From the human T2T-CHM13v2.0 reference genome, Homo sapiens: a stretch of 64,000 nt of DNA. The stretch is taken from positions 34,688,001-34,752,000 of the forward strand of contig CP068257.2 of the NCBI GenBank assembly GCA_009914755.4, read 5' to 3'. Shown here one piece after another: positions 1 to 16,258 of the stretch. Position 1 is the first letter of the stretch; every line of letters starts with the position of its first letter. The notes under the pieces were generated by a model that was not told the origin of the DNA, searched no databases, and was given only the letters and a program-made list of their open reading frames with translations. The position numbers and the translations under genes were made by a program.

Positions 1-405
<405 letters not shown>

Positions 406-486
406 CTATATTTCATCTTCAACCTGACTAACCAGCACTCCCCACTTCCTGGCCCCCATCCACCAACTTATCCTTAAAAAACCCCA

Positions 487-575
487 GTCTCCAGGCGGAG
501 GTTGCAGTGAGCTGAGATCGCGCCACTGCACTCCAGCCCAGATGATAGCGCAAGACTCTGTCTCAAAAAACAAAA
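487..575 (+). mobile_element. Alu 3' fragment
   Basis: GGCGGAGGTTGCAGTGAGCTGAGATCGCGCCACTGCACTCCAGCC...GTCTCAAAAAACAAAAAC. Confidence 0.75.
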
Positions 576-780
576 ACACCCAGTCTCCAAATTTTCAACT
601 GTCGACGAAAAGAATCAAACTCTGTAAAATATGTGAAGAGATTTATTCTGAGCCAAATGCAAGTGATCCTGGCCCATGACACAGGCCTCAGGCTCAGGAG
701 GTCCTGAGAACATGCGCCCAAGGTGGTTGGGGCACATTTTAGGAAGGCATGAGAAATCAATCAAATACATTTGAGAAATA
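563..780 (-). mobile_element. LTR fragment (3' half, inverted copy of the family at 24790-25258)
   Basis: Begins TGTCGAC (= reverse complement of the ...GTCGACA end of the 25258 LTR). About 200 bp aligns in reverse complement to 25060-25258, including ...CCATGACACAG..CTCAGGAGGTCCTGAGAACATG... Confidence 0.45.
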
Positions 781-784
781 CATT

Positions 785-1030
785 GGTCAGCTGGTCGCGG
801 TGGCTCACGCCTATAATCTTAGCACTTTGGGAGTCCAAGGTGGGTGGAACACCTGAGGTCAGGAGTTCGAGACCAGCCTGGCCAATAGGGTAAAACCCCA
901 TCTCTACTAAAAATACAAAAATTAGCCGGGCAAACTCAGGAGGCTGAGGCTGGAGAATCTCTTGAACCCAGGAGGCAGAGGTTGCAGTGAACTGAGATCC
1001 CGGCAAGAGCGAAACTCTATCTCAAAAAAA
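785..1030 (+). mobile_element. Alu SINE (internal deletion)
   Basis: GGTCGCGGTGGCTCACGCCTATAATCTTAGCACTTTGGGAG...middle deleted...GTTGCAGTGAACTGAGATCC...A-tail. Confidence 0.85.
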
Positions 1031-1215
1031 AGAAATACATTGATTTGGTCCAGAAAGGCAGGACAACTCAAAGTTGGCGGGGGGTGGGTGGTGGGCAGGG
1101 GTTTGAGGCTGTAGGTAAATTTAAACATTTTCTGGTTGACAATTGGTTGAGTTTGTCTAAAGACCTGGGATCAACAGAAAGGGAATGTTCAGGTTAAGAT
1201 AAAAGATTGTGGAGA

Positions 1216-1678
<463 letters not shown>

Positions 1679-1950
1679 CTATGTTAATAGAGATTCTTTA
1701 CAGATGCAAATTTCTCTCCACAAAGGACGGCTTTTCAGGGCCATTACAAAATATGGCAAAGAAACATGTTTTGGGTTAAAATTTTTCTTCTTTGTCACCT
1801 AATGTTATGCCAGAATCAGATTGGAAAGTAAGTCACAATATATAGGGTTAAGTAAAACCTGTCTGATGAGAATTTATGGTTTGTAGGGCATGAATCCCCA
1901 GATCCCTTAGATAGGAATTTCATCACGATAAGAAAAACATCAGCATTTTA

Positions 1951-2240
1951 AGCTGGGCTTGGTGGCTCACGCCTGTAATCCCAACAGTTTGGGAGTCCAA
2001 GGCGGGCAGATCACCTGAGGTCAGGAGTTCCAAGACCAGCCTGGCCAACATGGCAAAACCTTATCTCTACTAAAATTACAAAAATCAGCTGGGCCTGGTG
2101 GCGTGTGCCTGTAATCCCAGCTACTCAGGAAGCTGAGGCAGGAGAATTGCTTGAACCTGGGAGGCGGAGTTTGCAGTAAGCTGCACTCTGGCCTGGGCAA
2201 CAGAGCGAGACTCCCTCTCAAAAAAAAAAAAAAAAAAAAA
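1951..2240 (+). mobile_element. Alu SINE
   Basis: Alu consensus body followed by a poly-A run of about 22 A. Confidence 0.9.
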
Positions 2241-2504
2241 TCAGTGCTTAGTCCTCACAACTTTTGGGGAGACTGAATTTGGGTAACAATAAAACTCCAT
2301 TCAGTCAGCTCTGTGTGAATTAAACCCTTTCTCTATTGCAATCCCTCTGTCTTGATAAATCGGCTCTATCTGGGCAGTTGGCAAAATGAACCCGTTGGGC
2401 AGTTACAATTCCCTTTTGCCATATATGTTTACATTCACAGGTTCCAGAGATTAGGATGTGGCTATCTTTGGGGGTCATTATTCTGCCTATTAAATAAAGT
2501 CTAT

Positions 2505-2871
<367 letters not shown>

Positions 2872-3193
2872 CTAGACCCAACAGACTAAAACAAAAATGG
2901 AGTCACTCATGCCAAAGTTGCACGTCACCAAGCAAAACTAAGTTGTTCATTTGATGCAAATGGGCCAGTTTTAGCCGGCATAATAAGGAAGTCCCCTCTG
3001 TTTGCCCTTACAAGGAAAGTAACCTGAAGTAACCAGATACTAATCAACCTACTTTTTGTATTTGCTGTTTTCTTGTTCCTGCTCATGTTACCTTCCAAAC
3101 CCGACTGTTCTGCCGTGCCCAACAGAGCACCTGTGTTTTTAGATGAGATGCTCCCCATTCACGCCTCACAAACAAAGCCAATTATATCATTAA

Positions 3194-3834
<641 letters not shown>

Positions 3835-3878
3835 TGAAGAGCTAAGAGCTAGAAAACACACTTTTTTTTTTTTCTTGA

Positions 3879-4192
<314 letters not shown>

Positions 4193-4440
4193 GGGTCTCC
4201 CTTTTTCACCCAGACCGGAGTGCAGTGGCACAATCAGGGCTCAGTGCAGTGTTGACCTCCCGGGCTCAATCAGTCTTCCCACCTCTCCCTCCCAAGTAGC
4301 TGGGACCATAGGTGCACACAACCACACCCAGCTAATTTTTTTTTTATTTTTGTAGAGACAAGGTCTTGCTATGTTGCCCAGGCTGGTCTCAAACTCCTAG
4401 GCTCAAGCAATCCACCTGCTTCAGCCTCTTAAAGTGCTAG
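4193..4440 (-). mobile_element. Alu SINE, diverged older copy
   Basis: ACCGGAGTGCAGTGGCACAATCAGGGCTCAGTGCAG...CCAAGTAGCTGGGACCATAGGTGCACACAACCACACCCAGCTAATTTTTTT...CCAGGCTGGTCTCAAACTCCTAGGCTCAAGCAATCC. Confidence 0.8.
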
Positions 4441-4750
4441 AGGGGACCCGGTGGCTCACGCCTGTAATCCCAGCACTTAAGGAGGTTGAGGCGGGTGGAT
4501 CGCTTGAGCCCAGGAGTTTGAAACCAGCCTAGGCAACATGGCAAAATCCCATCTCTACAAAACAAACAAACAAACAAAAAAACATACAAAAATAAGCTGG
4601 GTGTGGTAGCACCCTGTAGTCCCAGCTACTTGGGAGGCTGAGAGGTGAGAGGATCACTTAAGCATAGGAGGTTGATGCAGCAGTGAGCTGTGATCGTGCC
4701 ACTGCACTCCAGCGTCGGCGACAGAGTGAGACTCCGTTTCAAAAAACAAC
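4441..4750 (+). mobile_element. Alu SINE with (CAAA)n in mid-linker
   Basis: ACCCGGTGGCTCACGCCTGTAATCCCAGCACTTAAGGAGGTTGAGGCGGGTGGATCGCTTGAGCCCAGGAGTTTGAAACCAGCC...ACAAACAAACAAACAAA...right arm...GTTTCAAAAAAC. Confidence 0.85.
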
Positions 4751-4916
4751 CCCACCCCCAGAAAAACCCTCATGAATTCATAGTGATATTTCTGATTCAC
4801 AGAAAATTCAGATTTGACTTTTTGTTCTTTAGACTTACACGTAAATTTGAATTTGTCTGATATGAGCAGCACAGGTGCGTGGCTGAGCAACTGCTGTGGT
4901 CAGGAAGTCCCCATAA

Positions 4917-5280
<364 letters not shown>

Positions 5281-5739
5281 CATTACATCTTTTACATCCC
5301 TGATTTTGATTTCTTCCTACAAGTAAATATGTATTTAAAATTCATCATCATCTTATGTTAATATAGACAGACATTTTGTTTGTCTAATGTTTGTTCTTTG
5401 GAAGATTCCTAAAAAAGAAATCATGAGAACAATATTTCTTGAGTTATTGCATATTGATGACAGTTTGTGGCCTTTATCTTGAATCTCACTTTGGCTAATT
5501 ATAAAATTCTTGGCACATATGTTCTTTCCTTCAGTTTATTAAAAAATATATACTATTGAGTTTTCTTTTGGCCTAAAGCACTGCTGGCAAAGTTTGATGA
5601 TAGTTTGATCTTTTTTCCTTTACAAATAACTTGGTTATTTTGCCTGGATTTATAAGAAATTAAAGTCCAATAATTTTACTAAAGTAAGCCTTGGTATTGG
5701 TGGTTCTAGGTCAGTTTCTTCAGACATTTACTGTGTTCT

Positions 5740-6196
<457 letters not shown>

Positions 6197-6482
6197 TTTT
6201 TTTTTTTTCTGAGACAGAGTCTTACTCTGTCGTCCAGGCTACAGTGCAGTGGCATGATCTCAGCTCAATGCAACCTCTGCCTCCGGATTCAAGTGATTCT
6301 TGTGCCTCAGCCTCCCGAGGAGCTGGGATTACAGACATGTTTCCACCACACCCAGCTAATTTTTGTGTTTTTAGTAGAGATACCATGTTTACCAGGCTGG
6401 TCTCGAACTCCTGACCTCAGGTGATACATCGGCCTCGGCCTCCCAAAGTGCTGGGATTACAGGTACTCACCACCACGCCCAA
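6197..6482 (-). mobile_element. Alu SINE
   Basis: Poly-T CTGAGACAGAGTCTTACTCTGTCGTCCAGGCTACAGTGCAGTGGCATGATCTCAGCTCAATGCAACC...GGGATTACAGGTACTCACCACCACGCCCAAC. Confidence 0.9.
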
Positions 6483-6489
6483 CTAATTT

Positions 6490-7087
<598 letters not shown>

Positions 7088-7134
7088 TAAAGAGAAGTCA
7101 CATCGAGCAGTGGAAGTGGAGAAAGAACAAATAA

Positions 7135-7640
<506 letters not shown>

Positions 7641-8047
7641 ATATCTCATTTTTGTATTAAATTAGTTTTCCTGACATTTATCGACGTCGTTTTTCCTTTG
7701 ACCCTATTGATTCCCTGCTGCTTGGTTGGTTTTCTTCCCAGTACTTTCATCCCATGTGGGGCTTTGTCCTGGAAAGGCACGCTGGTTGGTTTACTTTTCA
7801 GAATCTGAGTGGGCCAGACTGCTCCTGCTCCCTGAGTCCTAGCTACAGTCTGGTGGTTCTCATTCATTGGTATAGGCGCCATCTTGCTGTTGTTCTTTTT
7901 TTTTTTTTTTTTTAATATACTTTAGGTTCTGTGATACATGTGCAGAACATGCAGGTTTGTTACATAGGTATACATGTGCCATGGTGGCTTGCTGCACCCA
8001 TCAACCTGTCATCTACATTAGGTATTTGTCCTAATGCTATTCCTCCT

Positions 8048-9326
8048 CTAGCCCCCACCCCCCGATAGGCCCTGGTGTGTGATGTTCCCCTCCCTGTGTC
8101 CAAGTGTTCTCATTATTCTACTCCCACTTATGAGTGAGAACATGCAGTGTTTGGTTTTCTGTTCCTGTGTTAGTTTGCTGAGAATGATGGTTTCTGGCTT
8201 CGTCCATGTCCCTGCAAAGGACATGCACTCATCCTTTTTTATGGCTGCATAGTATTCCATGATGTATATGTGCCACATTTTCTTTATCCAGTCTATCATT
8301 GATGGGCATTTGGGTTGGTTTCAAGTCTTTACTATTGTGAACAGCACTGCAATAAACATATGTGTGCATGTGTTTTTATAGTAGAATGATGTATAATCCT
8401 TTGGGTATATAATACCCAGTAATGCGATTGCTGGGTCAAATGGTATTTCTGGTTCTAGATCTTTGAGGAATCGCCACAATGTCTTCCACAATGGTTGAAC
8501 TAATTTATACTCCCATCAACAGTGTAAAAGCATTCCCTATTTTCCACATCCTCTCTAGCATCTCTTGTTTCCAGACTTTTTAATGATTGCCATTCTAACT
8601 GGCATGATATGGTATCTCATTGTGGTTTTGATTTGCATTTCTCTAATAACTGGTGATGATGAGCTTTTTTTCATATGTTTGTTGGCCGCATAAATATCTT
8701 CTTTTGAGAAGTGTCTGTTCATATCCTTCACCCACTTTTTGATGGGTTTTTTTTTCTTGTAAATTTGTTTAAGTTCTTTGTAGATTCTGGATGTTAGCTT
8801 TTTGTCAGATGGATAGATTGCAAAACTTTTCTCCCATTCTGTAGGTTGCCTGTTCACTCTGATGATAGTTTCTTTTGCTGTGCAGAAGCTCTTTAGTTTA
8901 ATTACATTTGTCAATTTTGACTTTTGTTGCCATTGCTTTTGGTGTTTTAGTCATGAATTCTTTGCCCATGCCTATGTCCTGAATGGTATTGCCTAGGTTT
9001 TCTTCTAGGGTTTTTATGGTTTTAGGTGTTGCATTTAAGTCTTTAATCCATCTTGAGTTAATTTTTATATAAGGTGTAAGGAAGGGATCCAGTTTCAGTT
9101 TTCTGCATATGGCTAGCCAGTTCTCCCAATACCATTTATTGAATAGGGAATCCTTTCCCCATCGCTTGTTTTTATCAGGTTTGTCAAAGTTCAGATGGTT
9201 GTAGATGTGTGGCATTATTTCTGAGGCCTTTGTTCTGTTCCATTGGTCTATCTGTCTGTTTTGGTACCAGTACCATGCTGTTTTGGTTACTGTAACCCTG
9301 TAATATAGTTTGAAGTCAGGTAGCAT
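8048..9326 (-). mobile_element. L1 ORF2 C-terminal remnant (three overlapping reverse-strand ORFs)
   Basis: Translations [32 protein letters not shown]..., ...[50 protein letters not shown]... and MIDWIKKMWHIYIMEYYAAIKKDE... match L1 ORF2p residues of about 1000 onward (established L1 sequence). Confidence 0.85.
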
Positions 9327-9437
9327 AATGCCTCCAGCTTTGTTCTTTTTGCTTAGGATTGTCTTGGCTATATGGGCTCTTTTTTGATTCCATATGAAAT
9401 TTAAATTAGCTCCTTCAGGAGCTCTTGTAAGGCAGGC

Positions 9438-9950
9438 CTAGTGGTGACAAAATCTCAGCATTTGCTTGTCTGTAAAGGATTTTGTTTTTCCTTTGCTTAT
9501 GAAGCTTAGTTTGGCTGGATATGAAATTCTGGGTTGAAAATTCTTTTCTTTAAGATTGTTGAATATTGGCCCCCACTCTCTTCTGGCTTGTAGAGTTTCT
9601 GTAGAGAGATTCACTGTTAGTCTGATGGGCTTCCCTTTGTGGGTAACCCGACCTTTCTCTCTGGCTGCCCTTAACATTTTTTCCTTCATTTCAACCTTGG
9701 TGAAACTAACGATTATGTGTCTTGGGGTTGCTCTTCTTAAGGAGTATCTTTGTGGTGTTCTCTGTATTTCCTGAATTTGAATGTTGGCCTGCCTTGCTAG
9801 GTTGAGGAAGTCCTCCTGGATAATATCCTGAAGAGTATTTTCCAACTTGGTTCCATTCTCCCCATCATTTTCAGGTACACCAATCAAACGTAGGTTTGAT
9901 CTTTTCACATAGCCCCATATTTCTTGGAGGCTTTGTTCGTTCCTTTTCAT
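9438..9950 (-). mobile_element. L1 ORF1p C-terminal remnant (170-aa ORF)
   Basis: MKRNEQSLQEIWGYVKRSNLRLIGVPENDGENGTKLENTLQDIIQENFL...RISYPAKLSFISKGKTKSFTDKQMLR matches the L1 ORF1p RRM/CTD. The deletion breakpoint near 9405 fuses the ORF1 C-terminal coding sequence directly to ORF2 codon of about 1000. Confidence 0.85.
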
Positions 9951-11804
9951 TCTTTTTTCTCTAATCTTGTCTTCACGCTTTATTTCATTATGTTGATCTT
10001 CAATCTATGATATCCTTTCTTCCGCTTGATTGATTTGACTAGTGATACTTATGTATGCTTCACGAAGTTCTTGTGCTGTGTTTTTCAGCTCCATCAGGTC
10101 ATGCATGTTCTTCTCTAAACTGGGTTTTCTAGTTAGCAATTCATCTAACCTTTTTCAAGGTTCTTAGCTTCCTTGCATTGGGTTAGAACATGCTCCTTTA
10201 GCTCAGAGGAGTTTGTCATTACCCACCTTTTGAAGCCTACTTCTGTTAATTTGTCAAAGTCATTCTCCATCCAGTTTTATTCCCTTGCTGGCAAGGAACT
10301 GTGATCCTTTGGAGGAGAAGAGGCGTTCTGGTTTTTGGAATTTTCAGCCTTTTTTGCGCTGGTTTCTCCTCATCTTCGTGGATTTATCTACCTTTGGTCT
10401 TTGATGTTGCTGACCTTCAGATGGGGTGTCTGTGTGGACGTCCTTCTTGTTTATGTTTATGCTATTGCTTTCTGTTTGTTAGTTTTCCTTCTAATAGTCA
10501 GGCCTCTCTGCTGCAGGTCTGCTGGAGTTTGCTGGAGGTCCACTCCAGACCCTGTTTGCCTGGGTATCACCAGCAGAGGTTGCAGAACAGCAAAGATTGC
10601 TGCCTGTTCCTTCCTCTGGAAGCTTCGTCCCAGAGGGGCACCCACCAGATGCCAGTGGGAGCTCTCCTGTATGAGGTGTCTGTCAATCCCTGGTGGGAGG
10701 TGTCTCCTAGTCAGGTGGCAGAAGGGTCAGGGACCCACTTGAGGAGGCAGTCTGTCCCTTAGCAGAGCTCAAGCACTGTGCTGGGAGATCTGCTGCTCTC
10801 TTCAGAGCTGGCAGGCAGGGATGTTTAATTCCGCCGAAGCTGCACCCACAGCCACCCCTTCCCCCAGGTGTTCTGTCCCAGGGAGATGGGAGTTTTATCT
10901 ATAAGCCCCTGACTGGGGTTGCTGCCTTTCTTTCAGAAATGCCCTGCCCAGAGAGGAGGAATCTAGAGAGGCAGTCTGGCTATGGAGGCTTTGCTGAGCT
11001 GCAGTGGGCTCCCCACCAGTTCGAACTTCCCTGCAGTTTTGTTTACACTGTGAGGGGAAAACTGCCTACTCAAGCTTCAGTAATGGTGGATGCCCCCACC
11101 CTTCACTAAGCTTAAGCGTCCCAGGTCGACTTCAGATTGCTGTGCTGGCAGCGAGAATTTCAGGCCAGTGGATCTTAGCTTGCTGGGCTCTGTGGGGTTG
11201 GGATCCGTTGAGCTAGACCACTTGGTTCCCTGGCTTCAGCCCCCTTTCCAGGGGAGTGAACGGTTCTGTCTCACTGGCATTCCAGGCGTCACTGGGGTAT
11301 GAAAAAAAACTGCAGCTAGCTCAGTGTCTGCTCAAATGGCCACCCAATTTTGTGCTTGAAACCCAGGGTCCTGGTGGTGTAGGCACCCAGGGGAGTCTCC
11401 TGGTGTGCAGGTTGTGAAGACTGTGGGAAAAGTGTAGTAGTATCTGGGCTGGAGTGCACCGTTCCTCAAGGCACAGTTCCTCCCAGCTTCCCTTGGGTAG
11501 AGGAGGGAGTTCCCCGGCCCCTTGCACTTCCCGGGTGAGGTGACGCCCCACCCTGCTTCTGTTCACCCTCTGTGGGCTGCACCCACTGTCTAAGCAGTCT
11601 CAATGAGATGAGCCGGGTACCTCAGTTGGAAATGCATCAATCACCTGCCTTCTGCGTTGGTCTCACTGGGAGACAAGCTGCAGACAAGAGCTGTTCCTAT
11701 TCGGCCATCTTGCTACTCCCCCCTCTGTTGTTCTTAAACGGACACACTCGTGCATGTTGTTCCACTTGCTCCTGTCTTGGGGTTGATGAGGATGCCTTTT
11801 AGCT

Positions 11805-12065
11805 GTTTTTTTTATTTTTTTATTTTTGAGATAGAGTCTCACTCTGTTGCCCAGGCTGGAGTGCGATCCTCCCACCTCAGCCTCCCGAGCAGTTAGGACT
11901 ACAGGTGTGCACCACCACGCCCAGAAAATTTTTTAATTTTTTTATTTTTTTTGTGGAGATGGGGTCTCCCCATGTTGCCCAGGCTGGTCTCCTGGGCTCG
12001 AGTGATCCGCCCATCTCAGCCTCCCAAAGTGCTGGGGTTACAGGCTTGAGACATGACACCCAGCC
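11805..12065 (-). mobile_element. Alu SINE (internal deletion)
   Basis: Poly-T GAGATAGAGTCTCACTCTGTTGCCCAGGCTGGAGTGCGATCCTCCCACCTCAGCCTCCCGAGCAGTTAGGACTACAGGTGTGCACCACCACGCCC...GGGGTTACAGGCTTGAGACATGACACCCAGCC. Confidence 0.8.
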
Positions 12066-12236
12066 CTCTATGTGTTTTTATGGAGGGATTTATGTAGTGG
12101 TATTTTTGGGGTGGCTCAAAAACCATGTCCTCACACTATCTTTCCAGAATCCTCTCAACCTTAGGAAAATTTGAAGACATACTCTATTGTACAACAGGTT
12201 GTGCAGACCAGTCTGTTGTACAATAGGTTATGTCAT

Positions 12237-12292
12237 CAATTCATCACTATCCTACTGCACTTCATCAATTCATCACTATCCTACTGCACTCT
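12237..12292. repeat. Tandem duplication (about 28 bp x2)
   Basis: TCATCAATTCATCACTATCCTACTGCAC repeated twice in tandem. Confidence 0.8.
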
Positions 12293-12478
12293 CTGTCTCC
12301 AATGCCAGGCTCTAATTACACTTGTCCCATATCAGTTCCTCAAACATGAGCAGCCCTTTCCAAATCTCTAGGCCTCTGCTGTTGTTTTTCTGGAATTGCA
12401 GAGTTGTGTCTCCCTCGAATGCTGTCCCTCTGAATTCTTTGGAAATTCCTCTCTATCCTGGTTACTTACTTCTTTGAT

Positions 12479-12770
12479 CGGGCATGGTGGCTCACGACTA
12501 TAATTCCAGCACTTCGGGAGGCCAAAGAAGGTGGAGCACTTGAGCCCAGGAGTTCAAGGCCAGCATGGGCAACACAGCAAGACCCCTTTCTCTATAAAAA
12601 ATATTTTAAAAATCAGCTGAGTGTGGTGGCACACACCCGTTGTCCCAACTACTTGGGAGACTAAGGCGGGAGGATTGCTTGAACCCAAGAGTTCAAGGTT
12701 GCAGTGAGCTATGATTGTGCCACTGTACTCCAGCCTGGGCAACAGAGTCTCTAGAAAAAGAAAAAAATCC
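12479..12770 (+). mobile_element. Alu SINE
   Basis: GGGCATGGTGGCTCACGACTATAATTCCAGCACTTCGGGAGGCCAAAGAAGGTGGAGCACTTGAGCCCAGGAGTTCAAGGCCAGC...right arm...A-rich tail. Confidence 0.88.
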
Positions 12771-12772
12771 AG

Positions 12773-13245
<473 letters not shown>

Positions 13246-13246
13246 T

Positions 13247-13543
<297 letters not shown>

Positions 13544-13552
13544 CTAATTCAA

Positions 13553-13692
13553 TTTTTTTTTTTTTTTTTTTTTGTAAAGATGAGGTCTCCTCGTGTTGCC
13601 CAGGCTCGTCTCGAACTCCTGGGTTCAAGAGACCCTCGCAATGTAGCCTCTCAAAGTGCTGAGATTACAGACATGAGCCACTGCACCCAGCC
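13553..13692 (-). mobile_element. Alu monomer (FLAM/FRAM-like)
   Basis: T21 GTAAAGATGAGGTCTCCTCGTGTTGCCCAGGCTCGTCTCGAACTCCTGGGTTCAAGAGACCCTCGCAATGTAGCCTCTCAAAGTGCTGAGATTACAGACATGAGCCACTGCACCCAGCC. Confidence 0.75.
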
Positions 13693-13713
13693 AATTTCTC
13701 TTTCTAAAAATAA

Positions 13714-14000
<287 letters not shown>

Positions 14001-14024
14001 TTATGCCTTTAGGACTCTTATTTA

Positions 14025-14317
<293 letters not shown>

Positions 14318-14600
14318 CCAGAACTCTTTTTTTTTTTTTTAAATCATGAGTTAGATTGATAGTTTTCAGGGCAAATCCAAACAGTCTACATTAATTTCCG
14401 TCTTTATTTCGTTAAGGTTTCACATGGACACTGGTGGATATGGAATGGCTTTTTTCTGCGCAATTCACATCCGACCAGGTCAAGTGACTGGAGTTCACCG
14501 GTCTCGGGTATACCGCATCTCGCGCCAGGCTTCAAACTCTAGATCCCCGAGTCTCGAGCTCCAGCTGGGTGTCGAGACGGGTACGGGCCGGCCGCGCCTC

Positions 14601-14610
14601 GCGCATGCGC
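14601..14610. promoter_or_regulatory. NRF1 palindromic motif GCGCATGCGC
   Basis: Exact match to the NRF1 consensus (established motif), about 250 bp upstream of the ATG and within the CpG island. Confidence 0.6.
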
Positions 14611-14716
14611 CCTAGGCCCGCAGGGCCCCGCGCTGGAAGCTCAGCTCCCACTGTACCCTGCTTTAACCAGTCAGGCAATTCATCTTCCCCAAGCTCCCAA
14701 TTCGGCATTGCCTGGA

Positions 14717-14769
14717 GGCGGAAGTGGGTGGGAGGGGCCAGACGTGCGCCCCTCCCCGGAAGTGGGCGG
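14717..14769 (+). promoter_or_regulatory. Tandem ETS/GABP-type motifs (GGCGGAAGTGGG, CCGGAAGTGGGCGG) with an overlapping Sp1 GC-box
   Basis: Two CGGAAGTG cores 36 bp apart, 85-135 bp upstream of the ATG. GGGCGG follows the second core directly. Confidence 0.55.
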
Positions 14770-14852
14770 TACCCATAGGGCTCCACAGTCGTTCCGCCAC
14801 CTCCCAGTCGGGTTGCGGCGGAGGCCGTTCCTGGCTTTGTAGCTCGCTCAAG

Positions 14853-14891
14853 ATGGCGGCGCAGCCACCCCGCGGGATACGCCTCAGCGCG
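14853..14891 (+). CDS. MORC3: MORC3 exon 1, coding part (MAAQPPRGIRLSA). The 5'UTR extends upstream by an unknown length and the TSS probably lies within about 14770-14840
   Basis: ATG in Kozak context (CTCAAGATGG). The 13-codon ORF ends at the donor GCG|GTGAGC and continues in frame into exon 2 at 28241. The N-terminus matches MORC3 as I remember it. Confidence 0.88.
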
Positions 14892-16258
14892 GTGAGCAGC
14901 CGCGAGGGGTGGAGCGGGCCGTGTCCCAGGAGGGCGGGCGGGCAAGCGAAGGGGGGCCGGCAGTGGGCGGTGGCGGCTTGTGGGGCCGACGCGGCGGCGG
15001 GGGCTGCGGCGGGGCCCGGGGAGGGGGCGGCCATCTCGCTCCCGTCGGCGGAACAGCTCGGCTGCGGGCCGGGCTGCGTTCCGTCGCCTCTGCATTGTGT
15101 TTCTGTTTTGCTTCGGGGCGGGCCAGGGTCGCGGCTCCTCCTCCCAGCTCCCTCCTAGTCTCCCAGCAGCTGTCGTCCGCGGGCGAGGCCTCGGCGGGAG
15201 ATCGGTCTGCTCTCGGGGCCGCGGGGCCCCTGACCCTCTTCTGTCCGCTGGGCGTCGTGGTGGGAGGGAGCGGGTTCCGCGTCCAGAAACGCCGGCGGCC
15301 TCGACGTCCCGGGGGCGGGGGGACGGGGCTGCGGGCCTGCCTGCGGGCGAGTGGAGTCAGGATGAGTGTGCCTGATGCCTGTCAGTGCCTGCAGCTTCCT
15401 TGGCAGTGGAAGCCTTGGGGCCCAGACCCTAGATCGCTGAGCTCGAGCTCTCCTCTTTATCCCGCGTTGCGTCTGTTTTGGGGCGTTTCGAGTTCTTGGA
15501 AACCCTGTGAACATTTCTTGTATCTTAAATCGTAGGGAGCGGTCACACAAGATAACTTGAAATCTCACGTCCAGGAAATGTGGGCGTGGCTTCCCCACCT
15601 GATTATCCTAAAAAACTTTTCTACCTTGTGAGCGCAGTTGATGTTATGCTGAAATGTTCCTCTTTTCTGGAGGTTGTTGACTTTTGCCAAAGAATGACTG
15701 CCCTAGTGCCACTAATTTTAACATTCGAATGGGTAGTGACTCCTTGGGGTACAAACATGTAGTGAATAATTGGTGCATTGCTCTGGGACTTTCATTCGTT
15801 TAGGCAGATTCTAACACCTGGTTTTGACGGACTTTAAATTTTTTCTAGTCCGATATTTGTGAAATGATAGTTGCTTTTACTTGCGTTTCCTTGACTGTTT
15901 GTGTTGTTGAGCTCTTCGCATGTATTAGTCTTTGTGGTTTTTTGTTTTGTTTTTTTGAATTGCCTATTCATATCCTTTGACCATTTTCTGTTTTTCTTTT
16001 GGGAGGATCTTTATTGATTTGTAAGAGTTCTTTACGTATTCTGGATAAAGGTCCATCCTTTCGTTATGTAACTAGCTTATTGAGTGAGCTAGGCTTTAGT
16101 AGTTTGAAAATAGAGGACAATTTTATTCTTTTTTTCTTTTTTTTTTTTTTAACCACTGAGTGTAAACATTAATTATTCCCCACTTGTGTGAATCTGGGTT
16201 GACTAACGCTTTCCCATTAGCTTAAGGTATTGTAAAGTCTGGCCTTACCTAGTTTAAA

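Larger units (their letters stand above)
7893..11735 (-). mobile_element. L1 LINE (L1PA-like), 5'-end intact, about 2.5-3 kb internal deletion
   Basis: Low-coordinate end is poly-T (= A-tail) at 7893-7918, followed by the reverse-complement L1 3'UTR (...TAGGTTCTGTGATACATGTGCAGAACATGCAGGTTTGTTACATAGGTATACATGTGCCATGGTGG...). Reverse-strand ORFs match the ORF2 C-terminus (8048-9326) and ORF1 (9438-9950). The 5'UTR runs to the canonical L1 5' end, whose reverse complement AGCTGTTCCTATTCGGCCATCTTGCTACTCCCCCC lies at about 11688-11725. Putative TSD CTGTTGTTC at 7884-7892 and 11727-11735. Confidence 0.88.
14470..15500 (+). promoter_or_regulatory. MORC3: CpG island / TATA-less promoter of MORC3 (spans exon 1 and the start of intron 1)
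   Basis: Abrupt shift to high GC content with dense CpG (CGCGCC, GGCCGGCCGCGCCTCGCGCATGCGCCC, GCGGCGGAGGCCG...). It sits immediately 5' of, and spanning, the ATG-containing first exon. There is no TATA box. Confidence 0.85.

Noticed and set aside
5281-5739. AT-rich unique-looking segment between Alus, which may be an old LINE fragment
   Set aside because: I could not match it to a consensus with confidence
14532-15598. Long ORFs on both strands across the CpG island (187 aa, 208 aa, 147 aa, 144 aa, 131 aa, 123 aa)
   Set aside because: The Arg/Pro/Gly/Ala-rich translations are what stop-codon-poor GC-rich DNA gives by chance. They overlap one another in all frames and do not follow splice signals. 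The real coding segment here is only the 13-codon exon 1 (14853-14891)
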